Shown piece by piece: positions 15,001 through 22,024 of a DNA stretch of 64,000 bases. Below the pieces are notes generated by a model. That model did not search any database. It was not told the origin of the DNA and saw only the letters and a list, made by a program, of their open reading frames with translations. Source of the stretch: a virus; the IMG/VR virus record IMGVR_UViG_3300030419_003599, positions 44,651-108,650 of that record; one strand, written 5' to 3'. The position numbers were made by a program, and so were the translations under genes. Numbering within the stretch: position 1 is the first letter of the stretch; every line of letters begins with the position of its first letter.

Positions 15001-16343
15001 CTGATGGCGCTTCTTATCCTTCAGAACAAGAGGGTACTACTAATACAGTAAATAATGGAACTATGACCAAGGTAGATTGGTATAACCCCAAGAAGGCGCA
15101 AAGGATTGGGGATAGAGGTGATGGCCGCGGTTGCCGTTGGCCTACTGCGTTTAATGAAAGCCTCCTTCATGATATTTCCACGCCAATGGCTGCTACAGGA
15201 GTCGTAGCGAGCCATAGTACAGCAGAGCCTCCTTTCAGTACTGGCTATATGAGAGCGTCTAATAGCGTACAAAGTAGCACAGAAACACCAAGAGGAATCA
15301 GTGCTCGCCTACAAGTATCTCAAGATGGTCTATTGAAACCCGAAGCCAATGTAAGTGAAAATATAGAAACGATTAGCGGTACTTTCACTCCCGGCAATGA
15401 AACATTGGCTGACCCCATTTCTCGCTCTGCTCCCCGAATTGGTTTGGATACTGATACAATCAATGAGTTAAGTGGAGGGCAAGAAACGGATTATATTGGT
15501 CTTTCAACGCAAGCGCATAGTCTTCACACAGATAAAGAAGTGGGGCAAAGGCTTTCATTGAGAGGAGCGCATAATGCAGGCTCTGTGTCCCTCACCCATT
15601 TTGACCTCACTAGCCCTACATGGGCGACTCAACCTGATTGCGCAGTATTGAGAGTCTCTAATGCTCATGCTATGTGGGCACTAGGCGGGACCTATGTGCT
15701 TGAGGCGCGGAACTATGTCAAACCGTTTGACGATAGTAATTGGGGGGCAAGTGGCTCTTCTTCATCTAATCCTTATTCAGATTCTAACCATAATCCACTG
15801 GCTAGTAGTGGCACTCAAACCAACTTACGAGATAAGAAAATACGATTCTTATTAAGGCCAGTCCGAGTATTGGATAATCGCCATATTGAATTGTTTAGGG
15901 CTAATAGCGTTATTTCTGCAGGCCCATCTACAAACAACGATGCTTACCGTTCTACTGCTGGAGGTAAATACGGTCTCTTCAACTATGAAATGCCCAATGC
16001 TCGTGTAGGTACTGTAAGCCCGACCAATCCCCCTTACGCCCCATCTTATACAGTAAATAGCGCATCACCTACTGTAACAACTTCTGCTGGACCATTGATT
16101 CCCGGAGCAGATGTAACTGGATTCACTGGAGCATTAGACCAAACGGTAGGGCGTATCCTCATTAGCGAGAATACTTTAGAGCATTTCCGCAGCGATGCCC
16201 CTAGGCGCCGGGCAGTTACTGAGGATGACACTGAACTTACTCGCCCCGATTATAGCATCCAACCGCGACACAGCCAAACTCTTCATCCGAAAGGTGAAGC
16301 AGGTACAGCATCGTATAACACAGGAGACCATAGCACGGAGTGA
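3..16343 (+). CDS. Giant (>5,400 aa) virion tail/adhesin protein with N-terminal LamG/concanavalin-like domain; 5' end outside window
   Basis: Frame is open from base 3, so the track start at 36 is probably an artefact. LamG-like motifs (HIVAT...LFING...EIGG...FRGAI...LGLWRFEE), Gly/Thr/Ser-rich composition, three GGSGY-type modules, adjacent to other tail-like genes. Confidence 0.75.
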   Translation, partial: VVSKAETFELKVGQVGEPGPAVFTLFMSNTEGPQIIELSTAYLDATPRWVGTTYPRHGSDLHASYNSNISGVNDATSLNFSHRELLHIVATLRGNIISLFINGSLAVQEVLPESGYRVKMSPGDFEIGGTGGEFRGAIEAIHIANSFNSQMLVGHGPIPLPTTLGLWRFEEPADVHPTIYQSGTFSAGPSVKTITITAASAQSIIEAITGNTYNSASPSVDLTASPYSNGNYKVVDYVSSPGTGNTIAIPHTPYNIMFNADAVNPLTKKPNQKPPERLRLLSVNGATGVLGVESIHLDFTIAGARRGVLCDRTTNVDDHFVLLSGDLLLDSGTGKPYQPPHYASQAIDRTGQMVIDESGNDMHGLIYASSMATTANTTDNPFAAVWPAALDTGFQIGHTGRHALSAVDGHHYLRQLPLANEEIVHQSIDGTADITEIYYDSNYRNLKDSLPPNSRVDIFRDTLKSQVMYVRNEGIAFQMVENGMAGIDDAQRKMLAIGGSGTQNHATTNVFDYQPFLLKNPLEGGVSNDDTAFRRHHLRPIETSRVAILSVPTLGTTHNLAPFVEIHYNAVDVTGASAGLTVGNVVSVSITSGGSGYSAGTAATTGGTGTGCTVTYTVSAGAINAVTAIATKGTDYTVGDILTVSGGGGNATLTVTSVGGPCLMVEKTVPSGEVVLSTGPTVRVLDVIAADLADAAKDTTLYSPGGIIRLDTTEATGNFPAGVTLETLFAADPHEGIDHEDILDESLSPANYTPLHSSDLPNANPTSVDAEHSLTQQDAVFNRLVMNNNNEDLIDQLTITDNYFKRNPSTVNSGVGAYDIGNVSESTHLFESYDIIGAFADKGKRKGITFLIHPTNRSRTNQLSKVASTTTHAQETNTVSVQYLMSRARAQSFSDTDGDERQFTLTCVGLMGDVASRSIDLLGAGAPDSHIVKEVMPGAPVVSVTLGGVGQGAVNTKPTFDPSPFTRLGWNTRRDCATQISVVGAAGGSTATLTVIPLNNDATDLASWGTYCFPKTGRIYLENGGSAEYQSKTGSTFVVDGTTTTGTNKFLNGDGSEAANYAAWLSANTIIAGTLLLVDDKFGDDSTCNDGSTINDRMFQRMDTVSHDYQLGSQYASTRALAEIPLFPHLFFEDRERCITPGPDNSLKLHIDATHTAHTWAPNPVGRRCPDNPPTDQTVHSVFSSNKALKALRKGTHITRTLLDNSGTLEIYVEEPEMFLASTTTATTFGGTPLGVRYFRAFLQNGEWMIYTTVDMVNKKLTIPANLQPAGFSKHFKDTHTVGMRLFPAPGLFDENVPAIRDHPNILSAAYERRRPYYYDRANVQTQGGNIDYGLRQYVSAVEFRAGPRENPHLPKTKTKRARAKVVSWDSGSNFLFLDSALEFPEAGIASKYMVGGAAQFMHRIAYIEAGGTERTAQYLGKQGGNQLLIYAPTIGAGWNPSAGTEVFVKAIENVSATAYPQEIEGPLNASWEHPYAAGGLRDGDTIWMNMHYTNPHAVEGLFCKSRGTFNEAKVSAHFNGGEGALASRPRDSIPLENFLIGNDCLETARNMAQHVNKTIELNWTELGRDDAVPVVAFVDPYQATETFARVLLYDVAHDREFVAMQDIHMQVQSSPATPKIGTGALHEDPDDTGSGFDGIATTTNYSTQLDVAAGFESEDKTLRPNTQSDFMESAFTHNSVWNSQLALATATASHIDHEHHTQDAGCLGDGSFPRTAESVCCPSQAATRHIDSQAPASPINEYATFFDTPEGTRAIPAFLCLKGIRNQTLDLSNHRENRLQHLPHWTQMDFVRRLTIDCGEVGVKEGVTDIEAAAREIVRLINQGGALNGRTHARRPADQYPGESERLDLATIGPNPDAAHSDLDSSAPHLFADFSATGSTFDPAPFWDEEKSFSSYDRGTHMGYIRAHIGRVVEDSEGNEGYTVVIHSTIPGASGRNFCVWLDNARGQSSYRPEFLIGHGGRFRNFWCKPDEVLMENMHPAPMPINKDGRPFAPITTLNEYLPPEEPEDEFRNNLNYGLISTAGDPVTNANNEAVMGRVQNTVYHDSFEGQSPDSVLTEGLRMGTHSHARINFGGLVATGVPGFSPDAGQWGMGKNGNTRYIHTYGKNIAAATSVAYTSGTTGSRHVPAADVTDDAIGSTSELYGLRFTDHIGRTHTIRFIYSQFGEPFVNEDSLLPPTIDNEICIWIDDRDCAQGGFTIGRHMWGAGEVCGRLTGTSGNNWVGNEWRGYPSPASGIHVATASVSSTAVTMTFTEPYHTGSSLTNGDMLGYLGFPDSGVFQYSNGNTRTDTFSYTHRTHNSASGTHTFYGVSGDTSLLVNDRVITSRINWTTLLTDEVLAAAVDFAINMENPNSERLAETSFDCTNLRAADGKTLGEWGVSPTAIRVRAHSRNHEVMPLRCLFESTLGKDWGLNASNLDSELSDANITNGKRFATGYLPSTVLHITTRYRGTGGNTATPILVDTMNNAVDTEIWKENLRGTRYLSDPGDLILPKIENVTIEIDQATIDTSATPRTMTVAAGLQLWRLLVPASNDTDSWSEKKKVWLDDQDWAVVETTNRVHATFPSRTELVWPSTNDAAISPDWNTKIEAFDAANINPVLSAYALPAEVLQFDGLRLKGSEYGEPLVYFRGGRDSPDHSVPVYFGGGFSGVVLDINDGTANDYSDFYTHPYAKGPTGSAGLQNIGEKSTSYCLLDCAAILAMFPGTPFLDDHKGSNNPPYFNQDTILSQDTDAGNNASAASTGITYASGGNTVNCTRPSPVILRFGHQHARYSPTGDGGGKTTYIIFGPGQAFPHNTASVQPQPSDIVTTGNGWSSVPAPNVFLPNEISHGDSTSRSGFNANLPPTREFQRGNVQGWNYETNWEPAHGSPNVISADNSAAPGTKFGYDQMPHNGLYYGSHYQNVASCTPPPYSHPFNYSPSLANAAIRRAGYIWHMDGGYHPGGHFLDNHILANPLHPIDNANIPHSTAGKKHPAGYRIGSLLASAYGATTQYSTEEYVIIDATRVQNAEELAAVLSCGINEWPGRDPLKALGGTFLPSFQSAKKQDRYGWVTFDTVADGYDEASGYIDVVNPYGGGSSTIPPIPRYGWIRTNKGGAGVTGYGAGATATCAPYNNVTAPSAGVLRFTLATNRSGAARLNETIADSGTDANETTVRGNVTKVYVWSKSSCQLFNNGRVTGSIISTATSQDHMCRVHFSGTVDAIDRTRPVGAVGWHGERYSYFNSLVLNNPSDASTNVFSAGLGAWHPYLGFSPYGSTSTCQGPVLPSKYDESTSSVIENDGCPQGLSPRHLVAVTYESEMALAAKADRNGTKAAGDWIYGKQGRSGASTNFGGTITVADQVYNLDRYVAPANGGPNVEAMFVTGQTQPTNGNAVDTTSWWHTRVTAAAHTSLSTPCSAPTGDLFWDDSKMNSNIMHADRDSLRTDCIQLNKVVSVTIINGGSNYNATETITMSNPTGGTALLLTISTVSGVKAVTGVTVTTAGSGYKVGDTLTQTATSGSGTNFTCRVTSVGDADTRPWEYWKNRSAGRNFNVEHVVWKRMDGGNLTMPASNTRGLGGVPRTTRLSAATGSITIVDKGGGATDINHLHNADGFVLTNTVGLAKEYVFDKTGTWGATGASHANGIVIQVNGMSAAADVANQVKAAILSANGHNGTIAATVASNVVSLEQRTPGTAGNVTIDPGSTATPSYITYSGMSGGGVHTMGETIYGNCRFSFETTNAAMFPIIQAQELAHPQLAEQHPIELRNILSIPNEEIQFQSVNVEDDTGQIHILEGGSPFGTVIRDFDHIGDRASEGLSPSLANSGLSPNMRIRLPNADSIPGNIIVRSGFDRVQSYQNETFGSGGMMHPAQPAQGVKDTFTNNNAPGPRAWPTWENKGWEHISQDAENIRTGVTSAPVGEGTRLAFPDSHSQGWTDHTNDNPLETAYEQHDRTLFFHVTRMGHTGSSREPVVISSSNTISDPLTYSSSDTNTVTAGSAPNDAVWKNTGEQTSDGRWFARVEDGTGSGAIFSYTNTSGSTFTGVVFDPDFSTFISGKTGLTIRPSWYIPAGSNRFFAARRMRDHSEMSGNSPDMKRWDWSAAGTPLNMITAPEMTPMPIPRMGHHYVTPTMAVMPGHFAHPYYERTFSNHYACRSSGHSPIDESGTESTIPGANPLVWFSTPTNALRPSDIHGGAFTLLTETKVAYDGYGIAASKGTPGAENATGRHILYLEPAGAYSLKPNFPDPMEVGAYQIVIQPNLHKQQLGGFHRNGGAAALPDGSVVELTGQQVNLVVGLDEDSSSPMGCVGLLLAEATMADTRGCEIFINEVMLDFEPDPGSQFANIPPLGLYNPLGVNENTSPPFSRRSLPYRAGTFDRATPGYTISVPWWSILHKSGATHATSTGFRHLEWHKPDDYYQFCRATYGSIGCQITLAGYPSIYLDIYEPHRRLRSLNPHCVVLADSSSSSITVDNNELFPVKPYYGEVLEYTDTSGVRQTASYVNRTGTLAHTIASGPSSFETVAEITAGFFPISAGTILKLSRAYDNFATGDVFKDSGTSAITRVLPQTLHGSRDTNSLHLGDAFLCLWHPNLGRPYTFYSDTGRTFYTNSGAIDAPQDKKALNHVPEHFETIHYHDFLYSISKGPFLFDMKAMDAANDGTVYDATGVTEADTIVAGGSGYTAGTAATSGGSGTGCTVTYTVSSGAVNGITAITVAGTGYVVGDVLTITGGGGNATIRVGALGAYPSTKQPQGDTSRHYAGFWPGGSRGGPAASRLDGYGYIKAGWGDNDYGMDCIPYAIHGSGSASGLARTAYGSLSDVHIRQTCFGYRFAVRPPYNRPRWSPSVRGIDEAAGSAAAAQLLSGYYHGPFVAQDDRAQGSGGWKENANAALSTADVAWSATATGILERQTQASAMLGNDQVMRQVRYSHGRRITRSFGCPVRTIRNGATMRKKFPGDDFALGKDELAEAHRFYLIDWWGNTRGEDVRRFPARGFGIRPAWDPEDAYLDGGYANEPGAQGLWHADGASYPSEQEGTTNTVNNGTMTKVDWYNPKKAQRIGDRGDGRGCRWPTAFNESLLHDISTPMAATGVVASHSTAEPPFSTGYMRASNSVQSSTETPRGISARLQVSQDGLLKPEANVSENIETISGTFTPGNETLADPISRSAPRIGLDTDTINELSGGQETDYIGLSTQAHSLHTDKEVGQRLSLRGAHNAGSVSLTHFDLTSPTWATQPDCAVLRVSNAHAMWALGGTYVLEARNYVKPFDDSNWGASGSSSSNPYSDSNHNPLASSGTQTNLRDKKIRFLLRPVRVLDNRHIELFRANSVISAGPSTNNDAYRSTAGGKYGLFNYEMPNARVGTVSPTNPPYAPSYTVNSASPTVTTSAGPLIPGADVTGFTGALDQTVGRILISENTLEHFRSDAPRRRAVTEDDTELTRPDYSIQPRHSQTLHPKGEAGTASYNTGDHSTE

Positions 16344-16348
16344 TATTT

Positions 16349-17821
16349 ATGGCAGTAGTAACAAATGGGAAAACTGGTCGTTCAGACGCAGACCATCCTA
16401 CAGCAATGAAAGTGGCTCGCACCCCTGTATTTGTTGATAATTGCATACATCATGGTACTTATAATGCAGGTAAAGTGACGCCATCCACGCGCGGAGATTT
16501 CCAAATAACTAACTCTCAATCTTACTTAACTATAGAAGAAGAATCAGGTATTAGACTAGTCCACCGACAAACAGATGGGCATAATTATACTGGTGATGTA
16601 TTCTTTAATGATGGTAAATTAACTACAGGAAGTACTCGTCCTGCCATCTTGTATGGGGTAGACAATGATTCTCAACGCTTAGTAGCAGAAAGCGTAGAGA
16701 GCGCAAGCATTGGCAGCCGACTCATCCTACCTAATATGAAAGGCTCTTCGTTGTCAAAGATAGGCTTCACAGAAACGGCAGTGCGCTTAGGCCAAGAAGT
16801 AGATGTAGGATTACGAACTACTGATTTAGCAATGCGTTTGGCTGAACCTCTAGGTGAAGTACTTACTTCTGTTAATATCGCTGACAAATCCAAACCGTCT
16901 TCATCTTATTCCCAAAGGATGCATCATTCACAAAAGTTCCTTTCTCAAGATTTCAGTGGAGTCAATCTTAGCACAGCCTTGCGCTATACAGGGAGACATG
17001 ATGGGCGCATTCTTTACTACGATAAGTGGGGCAATCTGCTCTACATACCATTCCGTTCAGGAGGGACAGGTCGCCGCCTAAGAGGCTCATTAACTCAAGG
17101 GGGACAAACTCGCAATACCATAGAAGATTCACCTAATCGCGTTACAGTCATGGGTAAACAGAGGGCGTTAAACGATAACAATGTTGTCACCATTGATGAC
17201 CGCTCCTCCCAGCACAGTAAGGATAGCAGTCAAACTGTCCGGCAAGGGACTCCTGTGCAAGACCCTACTGTCAAGAATGTCACTGATGGTCGTAGAGTGG
17301 GCAGGCAAATATTACGGGCACATGCGGCTACAAAAGGGTCATTGAGTATTGGCAAGCAAGCCAATGCTTGGGATTTGCGTGCAGGAGATATTGTGCAATA
17401 TGAAGGTAGAGAAGGTAGAGAGACTCTTGTCGTGTCTAGTTCCACTCATCGTATGTCAAATAGAGAGAGTGATTTTGACTTTTTGTCTCTTTCTGTGGGC
17501 GTTGAGGGAGTTTTACAGGGTATAACTGACAGTGCAATTGCCCTTGGAGACCTGCTTCCCGACAATACAACCCAACTCAAAAAGGAAGAAATGGGGCTTT
17601 TCCTTGATTTTACACTCAGGACTACCCTAATAGTGAAGGAGCGATTAGTTACTAGACAAGGTAAGCGCATCGGCCACAACACAGGGAGTTACCCGAATGG
17701 CATCGGCCCAAGCGTCATTGGCCGCAAACATCAAACGGGGTACGCTACTGAAGGGGACAGCAATGGGGAGTCCGCCGGTAGTAACAAAAATATTTACGCA
17801 TTTAAGGAGGTTGTAATTTAA
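16349..17821 (+). CDS. Putative tail/baseplate hub protein
   Basis: 490-aa ORF after GAGTGA RBS. Pattern (YYDKWGNLLY...NRVTVMG...DLRAGDIVQY) resembles phage tail hub proteins; structural context. Confidence 0.5.
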   Translation: MAVVTNGKTGRSDADHPTAMKVARTPVFVDNCIHHGTYNAGKVTPSTRGDFQITNSQSYLTIEEESGIRLVHRQTDGHNYTGDVFFNDGKLTTGSTRPAILYGVDNDSQRLVAESVESASIGSRLILPNMKGSSLSKIGFTETAVRLGQEVDVGLRTTDLAMRLAEPLGEVLTSVNIADKSKPSSSYSQRMHHSQKFLSQDFSGVNLSTALRYTGRHDGRILYYDKWGNLLYIPFRSGGTGRRLRGSLTQGGQTRNTIEDSPNRVTVMGKQRALNDNNVVTIDDRSSQHSKDSSQTVRQGTPVQDPTVKNVTDGRRVGRQILRAHAATKGSLSIGKQANAWDLRAGDIVQYEGREGRETLVVSSSTHRMSNRESDFDFLSLSVGVEGVLQGITDSAIALGDLLPDNTTQLKKEEMGLFLDFTLRTTLIVKERLVTRQGKRIGHNTGSYPNGIGPSVIGRKHQTGYATEGDSNGESAGSNKNIYAFKEVVI

Positions 17822-18168
17822 TGGCGACACTAACAAGAGCGAAACGATTATTGATAGATACATTGGCTAATAACATCAACGAAGTAGTACTAGGTTTTGA
17901 TGGTACTTATGCCACACCAGATGATGGTTCTGCCGGGCGCCCTGCTGTCACACTTACCCCCACGATTACAGTATTAGATGACACTAGTCTGTTAGTAGAA
18001 GCCACTCTAGGGACTCAACATAGTTTCACAGAATCTTTGAAAGAAGTTTATGTGCAATTCCGTGCCGCTGACGGCACTTTCACCCCTATAGGGCGCTACA
18101 CCATCCTACCAATAGCCAAGAATGACGAGAACGAGGTTCATATACAACTACTTGTGGAGGTTATCTGA
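17821..18168 (+). CDS. Putative baseplate/tail-associated protein
   Basis: 115-aa beta-rich ORF with GGAGG RBS, coupled to its neighbours in the tail module. Confidence 0.45.
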   Translation: MATLTRAKRLLIDTLANNINEVVLGFDGTYATPDDGSAGRPAVTLTPTITVLDDTSLLVEATLGTQHSFTESLKEVYVQFRAADGTFTPIGRYTILPIAKNDENEVHIQLLVEVI

Positions 18169-19307
18169 TGCCCGGCAACCCCTTATCAGGCCATACGGCG
18201 GCTAATACCTCCGATACTGTAGATGGACTCCGTGACGGTGACCACATCCTTTCCCCTTCTTTTACCAATGCATACGAAGGAATCCATGGTAATGGCATCA
18301 TACTCTTAGAGGACGGGGATGCTTCTGATTCAGACCGCAATAATCCTACTAACCTACCCGGAGCGTGCTCCAAACATGATGCAGATACAGTGAATGTCAA
18401 AGGGGGTCACTGCGTTATAGACGGAGTGGTCTATACTTTCGGTGGAGGCCCCGGTGCCACATACCCATTGAACATAACCAATGCAGGCAACAATGTACGG
18501 GGTTCTTCATCGGCCTTGCACGCCACTACTCCCCAAGAGGTGCTTTACACCATTTATGTCACCCCTGATGACGGTGGGGGTAGTGCCACTTCTAACATCT
18601 GTTACATGCAGGGCACTATCATAACTAAATCTTCGGCATCTTATGCGGATGGCCCTAGTGCTTATTTGACTGACCCCCATGGCGGTACTCTCGGTTCATT
18701 GTCTAATTTCCAATGCGTTGTATTGGCAGTAGTTAGAGCAGATAACGGGGCAAGTTCTACAGGCCCAGACAACATAAATATCCTAGAGATAAATGACAAA
18801 CGCCACTTCTTAAACGGGGGACCATTCTATATGCACCCAATGGAAACAGAAGCGGGCACTCCTGTAGATAGCCACACTGACCTTGATGCATTACACGCAA
18901 GCGGTGTGCAAGATGGCGATTTCACTGCCTCCACTTTAGGGGGTCTATGGCTTGGTCAAGGCACAAGCGGAGCCCAGTCTCTTTTCTTTAGTGGTAAAGA
19001 TGCAGGGGGGACGCGCTTCACTCGGGCAGTAGATACAATGGGGGATGTAGAAGTTATCAGCACTAGTGCTAACCAGACCTTCACTCATAACGGTAAGCGT
19101 ATTTGGATAATCACAGCGGGCTCTGGCCTCAACCTTAACCCAAGCGGTACATTCTACGAAGGCTATACTGTAGAGGTGCGCGCAATCACCAACACTGTCA
19201 CTTTTGATAGCACTGCCCTCAATCAAGCCGTGGCTGCTGGTAGGTATGCCCGCTTCGCTTATACTGGCTCAGCGTGGGTCAAGGTGTTCATGGTGGCGAC
19301 TCTCTGA
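18168..19307 (+). CDS. Putative tail fibre/structural protein
   Basis: 379 aa, Gly/Thr-rich, INDKR motif, C-terminal YTGSAW beta module; TGATG coupling. Confidence 0.5.
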   Translation: MPGNPLSGHTAANTSDTVDGLRDGDHILSPSFTNAYEGIHGNGIILLEDGDASDSDRNNPTNLPGACSKHDADTVNVKGGHCVIDGVVYTFGGGPGATYPLNITNAGNNVRGSSSALHATTPQEVLYTIYVTPDDGGGSATSNICYMQGTIITKSSASYADGPSAYLTDPHGGTLGSLSNFQCVVLAVVRADNGASSTGPDNINILEINDKRHFLNGGPFYMHPMETEAGTPVDSHTDLDALHASGVQDGDFTASTLGGLWLGQGTSGAQSLFFSGKDAGGTRFTRAVDTMGDVEVISTSANQTFTHNGKRIWIITAGSGLNLNPSGTFYEGYTVEVRAITNTVTFDSTALNQAVAAGRYARFAYTGSAWVKVFMVATL

Positions 19308-19573
19308 TGGGCAGGCTATTGGATAAACTCAAGCGCACTTGCCCTCAGTGTAGGGTACAGGATTTTGCTGAACGCATCAACGGTTCCTATCCTCGCTTTG
19401 GTACTAGAGTGTCCTTGTGGGAATGCCCTTCCTGCAAGCACATCTGGCGAGATAAGAAAGCCGAGGAGCAAGAGGAAGGGAGTAAGGATTACGCCGTTCT
19501 CAAAAGTGAGCGCTGGAGAGAAGTACTTCAAACTTCTAAATCCAAATCTAATGACTTGGAAATCTCTTTGTAG
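19307..19573 (+). CDS. Small zinc-ribbon protein
   Basis: ATG overlaps the upstream stop (TGATG). CPQC...CPSC. Its 3' end overlaps tfb convergently by 46 nt. Confidence 0.6.
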   Translation: MGRLLDKLKRTCPQCRVQDFAERINGSYPRFGTRVSLWECPSCKHIWRDKKAEEQEEGSKDYAVLKSERWREVLQTSKSKSNDLEISL

Positions 19574-20451
19574 CGATTTCTAATAGTGACTTCTGTTACT
19601 CCACATATCTTGGCAATTTCGCGCTGTGTTCTGTGTTGTTTATTCAAGATGCTCGCAATGTACAAAGTGGAGGCGGCGAGCCCTGTAGGCCCTCTCCCAC
19701 TATCCAACTCCTTCTCTTCTAGTGTTTCACATATTTGACGAGCAATCAGTTCCGTACTAGCATCCAGACTCAATGCGCTAGCGAATCGGGAAATATAGTC
19801 TATAGCGCGAGTCACAGGGAGCCGTATTTTCAACTCACGCAATATGAAGCGTTGAGTTCTACCTACTTCTTTTCTACCTGTGCGACCAACCGCACAGATT
19901 TCGTCAAGTGTGCGAGGGACTCCACATTGCCTGCAAGCAATATAGAGAGACGCTGACGCACACCCTTCTATTGAGCGGCCTCTAATCAAATCAGCCTCTA
20001 CGCACTTACGATAAATAACCGCAGACGCTTCACGGACTGCTTTCGGTAACCCAATGCGACTCCCCATACGGTCTAATTCAGCGAGGGCTATTGATAGATT
20101 TCTTTCTGTAGAATTACTAACACGCGCTCTCTTTTGCCATTTGCGCATTCTGAACAACTGACTGCGATATCGGGAATTGACCGCCTTGCCTGAATAATCC
20201 TTATTCTGCCAATCTATATCGGTTGAAAGACCTTTGTCGTGCAGCATAACTGACATTGGGGCTCCTACACGCGCTTTCCTATCACCATCTTCGGCGGTGA
20301 ATACGCGCCACTCAGCGCCTTGGTCTACTATCTTATCATCTAACACTAGCCCACAATCTCCGCAGACTAATTCTCCTCTTACTTCATCTCGTTCTAAATC
20401 GCGACTATTGCATTCAGAGCATTTCACTATATCATCTAACTCTTCCACCAT
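19528..20451 (-). CDS. tfb: Transcription initiation factor IIB (TFB)
   Basis: Zn ribbon CSEC...CGDCG, B-reader EWRVF, HDKGLST, two cyclin repeats (RGRS..., GRGPTG, TQREIA..GVTEVTIRNRYKE). GGTGA RBS before ATG 20451. Confidence 0.97.
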   Translation of the reverse strand: MVEELDDIVKCSECNSRDLERDEVRGELVCGDCGLVLDDKIVDQGAEWRVFTAEDGDRKARVGAPMSVMLHDKGLSTDIDWQNKDYSGKAVNSRYRSQLFRMRKWQKRARVSNSTERNLSIALAELDRMGSRIGLPKAVREASAVIYRKCVEADLIRGRSIEGCASASLYIACRQCGVPRTLDEICAVGRTGRKEVGRTQRFILRELKIRLPVTRAIDYISRFASALSLDASTELIARQICETLEEKELDSGRGPTGLAASTLYIASILNKQHRTQREIAKICGVTEVTIRNRYKEISKSLDLDLEV

Positions 20452-20476
20452 TATATCACCTGTAGTCTGCGGAAAT

Positions 20477-22024
20477 CTAACCCATCCGCTTACTGATAAT
20501 ATCGTCAATCCTTAGAATGGAAATGGCTACCTCACTTGCGCTTTGTACAGCCTGCGTGATAACCGAAAGGGGTTCAAACACACCCTTCTCTGACATGGAG
20601 CATGTTCCACCTGTCTCTACATCTGGGCCATAGTCCCCTTTACCGTTCTGGTGGTCGTTGCGCAAACCTAAGATGGTGTCAAGTGGGTCATGCCCTGCGT
20701 TCTCGGCGATAGTAGCAGGGATGATTTCTAATGCTTCGGCGAATGCCTCTACAGCCATTTGCTCACGGCCACCCATATCTGCTGCACGCTGTCGTAGATG
20801 CTGAGCCATAGAGATGTAAGCAGAACCTCCGCCACAAACCACCTTACCGTCTCTAAAGGCGAGACTAACCACACCTATAGCGTCCTCAAAACCTCTTTCA
20901 TGTTCATCTAGTGTTTGACGAGTGGCTCCTCTCAACACCAAAGTGGATACAGGACATTCGTCTGGTGGCTGCTCAACGACTACGAACTTCATGCCGCCAA
21001 TAGATTCTTGGCGAATTGATATACACTCTGATGCATCTTCTTTTGTCGCACTTAGGGCTTCATGTATAATTGGCGCATCAAGTAGGCGGGATAACGCCTT
21101 CATGTCACTATCCATTACACGACTAACTACCGCTATTCCTTGTTGAGCGCACGGTTTCGTCAAGCGTTCAACTGCGCCATCTCGGGTGAATACCACTCCA
21201 CCTTGAGGTAAAGCATCGCTGATTACTTTCACTGTAGTAGCGAGTGCTTCATTACCTAAATCGGCAAAAGCCTTCGCTTCACGGGCTGACGCAAAATGTA
21301 CATTAGCAGTATCTTCCTTCTTAGGCTCACCTAGACCAGTATTGATTAGCAAAACTTTAGCGTTATTGAGTATAGAATCTGTCTCATGGCTGAACTCTTT
21401 ATGCAAGATGATGCCGGGGAATAGATGGGAATCTTCCATACTACCACCAGATTGGCACACTACCCTAACTCGGTCAATGTCGCCTTCTGCGTCAAGGACT
21501 GCATTCACGCATAATTCACTTGCTTTTTCAATAGAATGTTCTACGGCCTTACCCGTCATAGCAGTCTTGGCTACGAAGTTAAGGTCGCTGCTCCCATTAG
21601 GGAGTTCGTTAGCGTGCGCCACTGCCCACTTGGCCGCTTGATGGAATCCGCGACATACCACATTGGGGTGCAATCCTTTTTGGAATAGTTGCTCGCTATT
21701 AGCGAGCAGTTGCCCGCCCAATACTACGGTGGAAGTGGTACCATCATAGCACACACTCTCTTGTGTCTTGGCCATCTCTATGACCATCTTCGCTCCGGGA
21801 TGGGCTACATCTAATTCATGGAGGATTGTGGCTCCGTCATTAGTGACTATTACATCACCGTGGCCATCCACCATCATCTTGTCCATTCCCGCAGGACCGA
21901 GCGTGCTACGCACTGTATCGGCCACCGCCTTTGCCGCACGGATGTTATGCATCTGTGCCTCTCTACCGTTCTGAGGTGCTTCATCTCGCACCACTACTAC
22001 TCTCTGTTGTTCTTCTGTTGTCAT
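20477..22024 (-). CDS. ths: Thermosome subunit (group II chaperonin)
   Basis: TLGPAGMDKM, TNDGATIL, DGTTS, LVLRG, GGG, AFAEALEIIP..AENAG, ILRIDD motifs. Confidence 0.96.
   Translation of the reverse strand: MTTEEQQRVVVVRDEAPQNGREAQMHNIRAAKAVADTVRSTLGPAGMDKMMVDGHGDVIVTNDGATILHELDVAHPGAKMVIEMAKTQESVCYDGTTSTVVLGGQLLANSEQLFQKGLHPNVVCRGFHQAAKWAVAHANELPNGSSDLNFVAKTAMTGKAVEHSIEKASELCVNAVLDAEGDIDRVRVVCQSGGSMEDSHLFPGIILHKEFSHETDSILNNAKVLLINTGLGEPKKEDTANVHFASAREAKAFADLGNEALATTVKVISDALPQGGVVFTRDGAVERLTKPCAQQGIAVVSRVMDSDMKALSRLLDAPIIHEALSATKEDASECISIRQESIGGMKFVVVEQPPDECPVSTLVLRGATRQTLDEHERGFEDAIGVVSLAFRDGKVVCGGGSAYISMAQHLRQRAADMGGREQMAVEAFAEALEIIPATIAENAGHDPLDTILGLRNDHQNGKGDYGPDVETGGTCSMSEKGVFEPLSVITQAVQSASEVAISILRIDDIISKRMG

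Noticed and set aside
347-16446. Many short antisense or alternate-frame ORFs inside the giant gene (and opposite the minus-strand genes)
   Set aside because: Shadow ORFs with no RBS, coupling or motif support.
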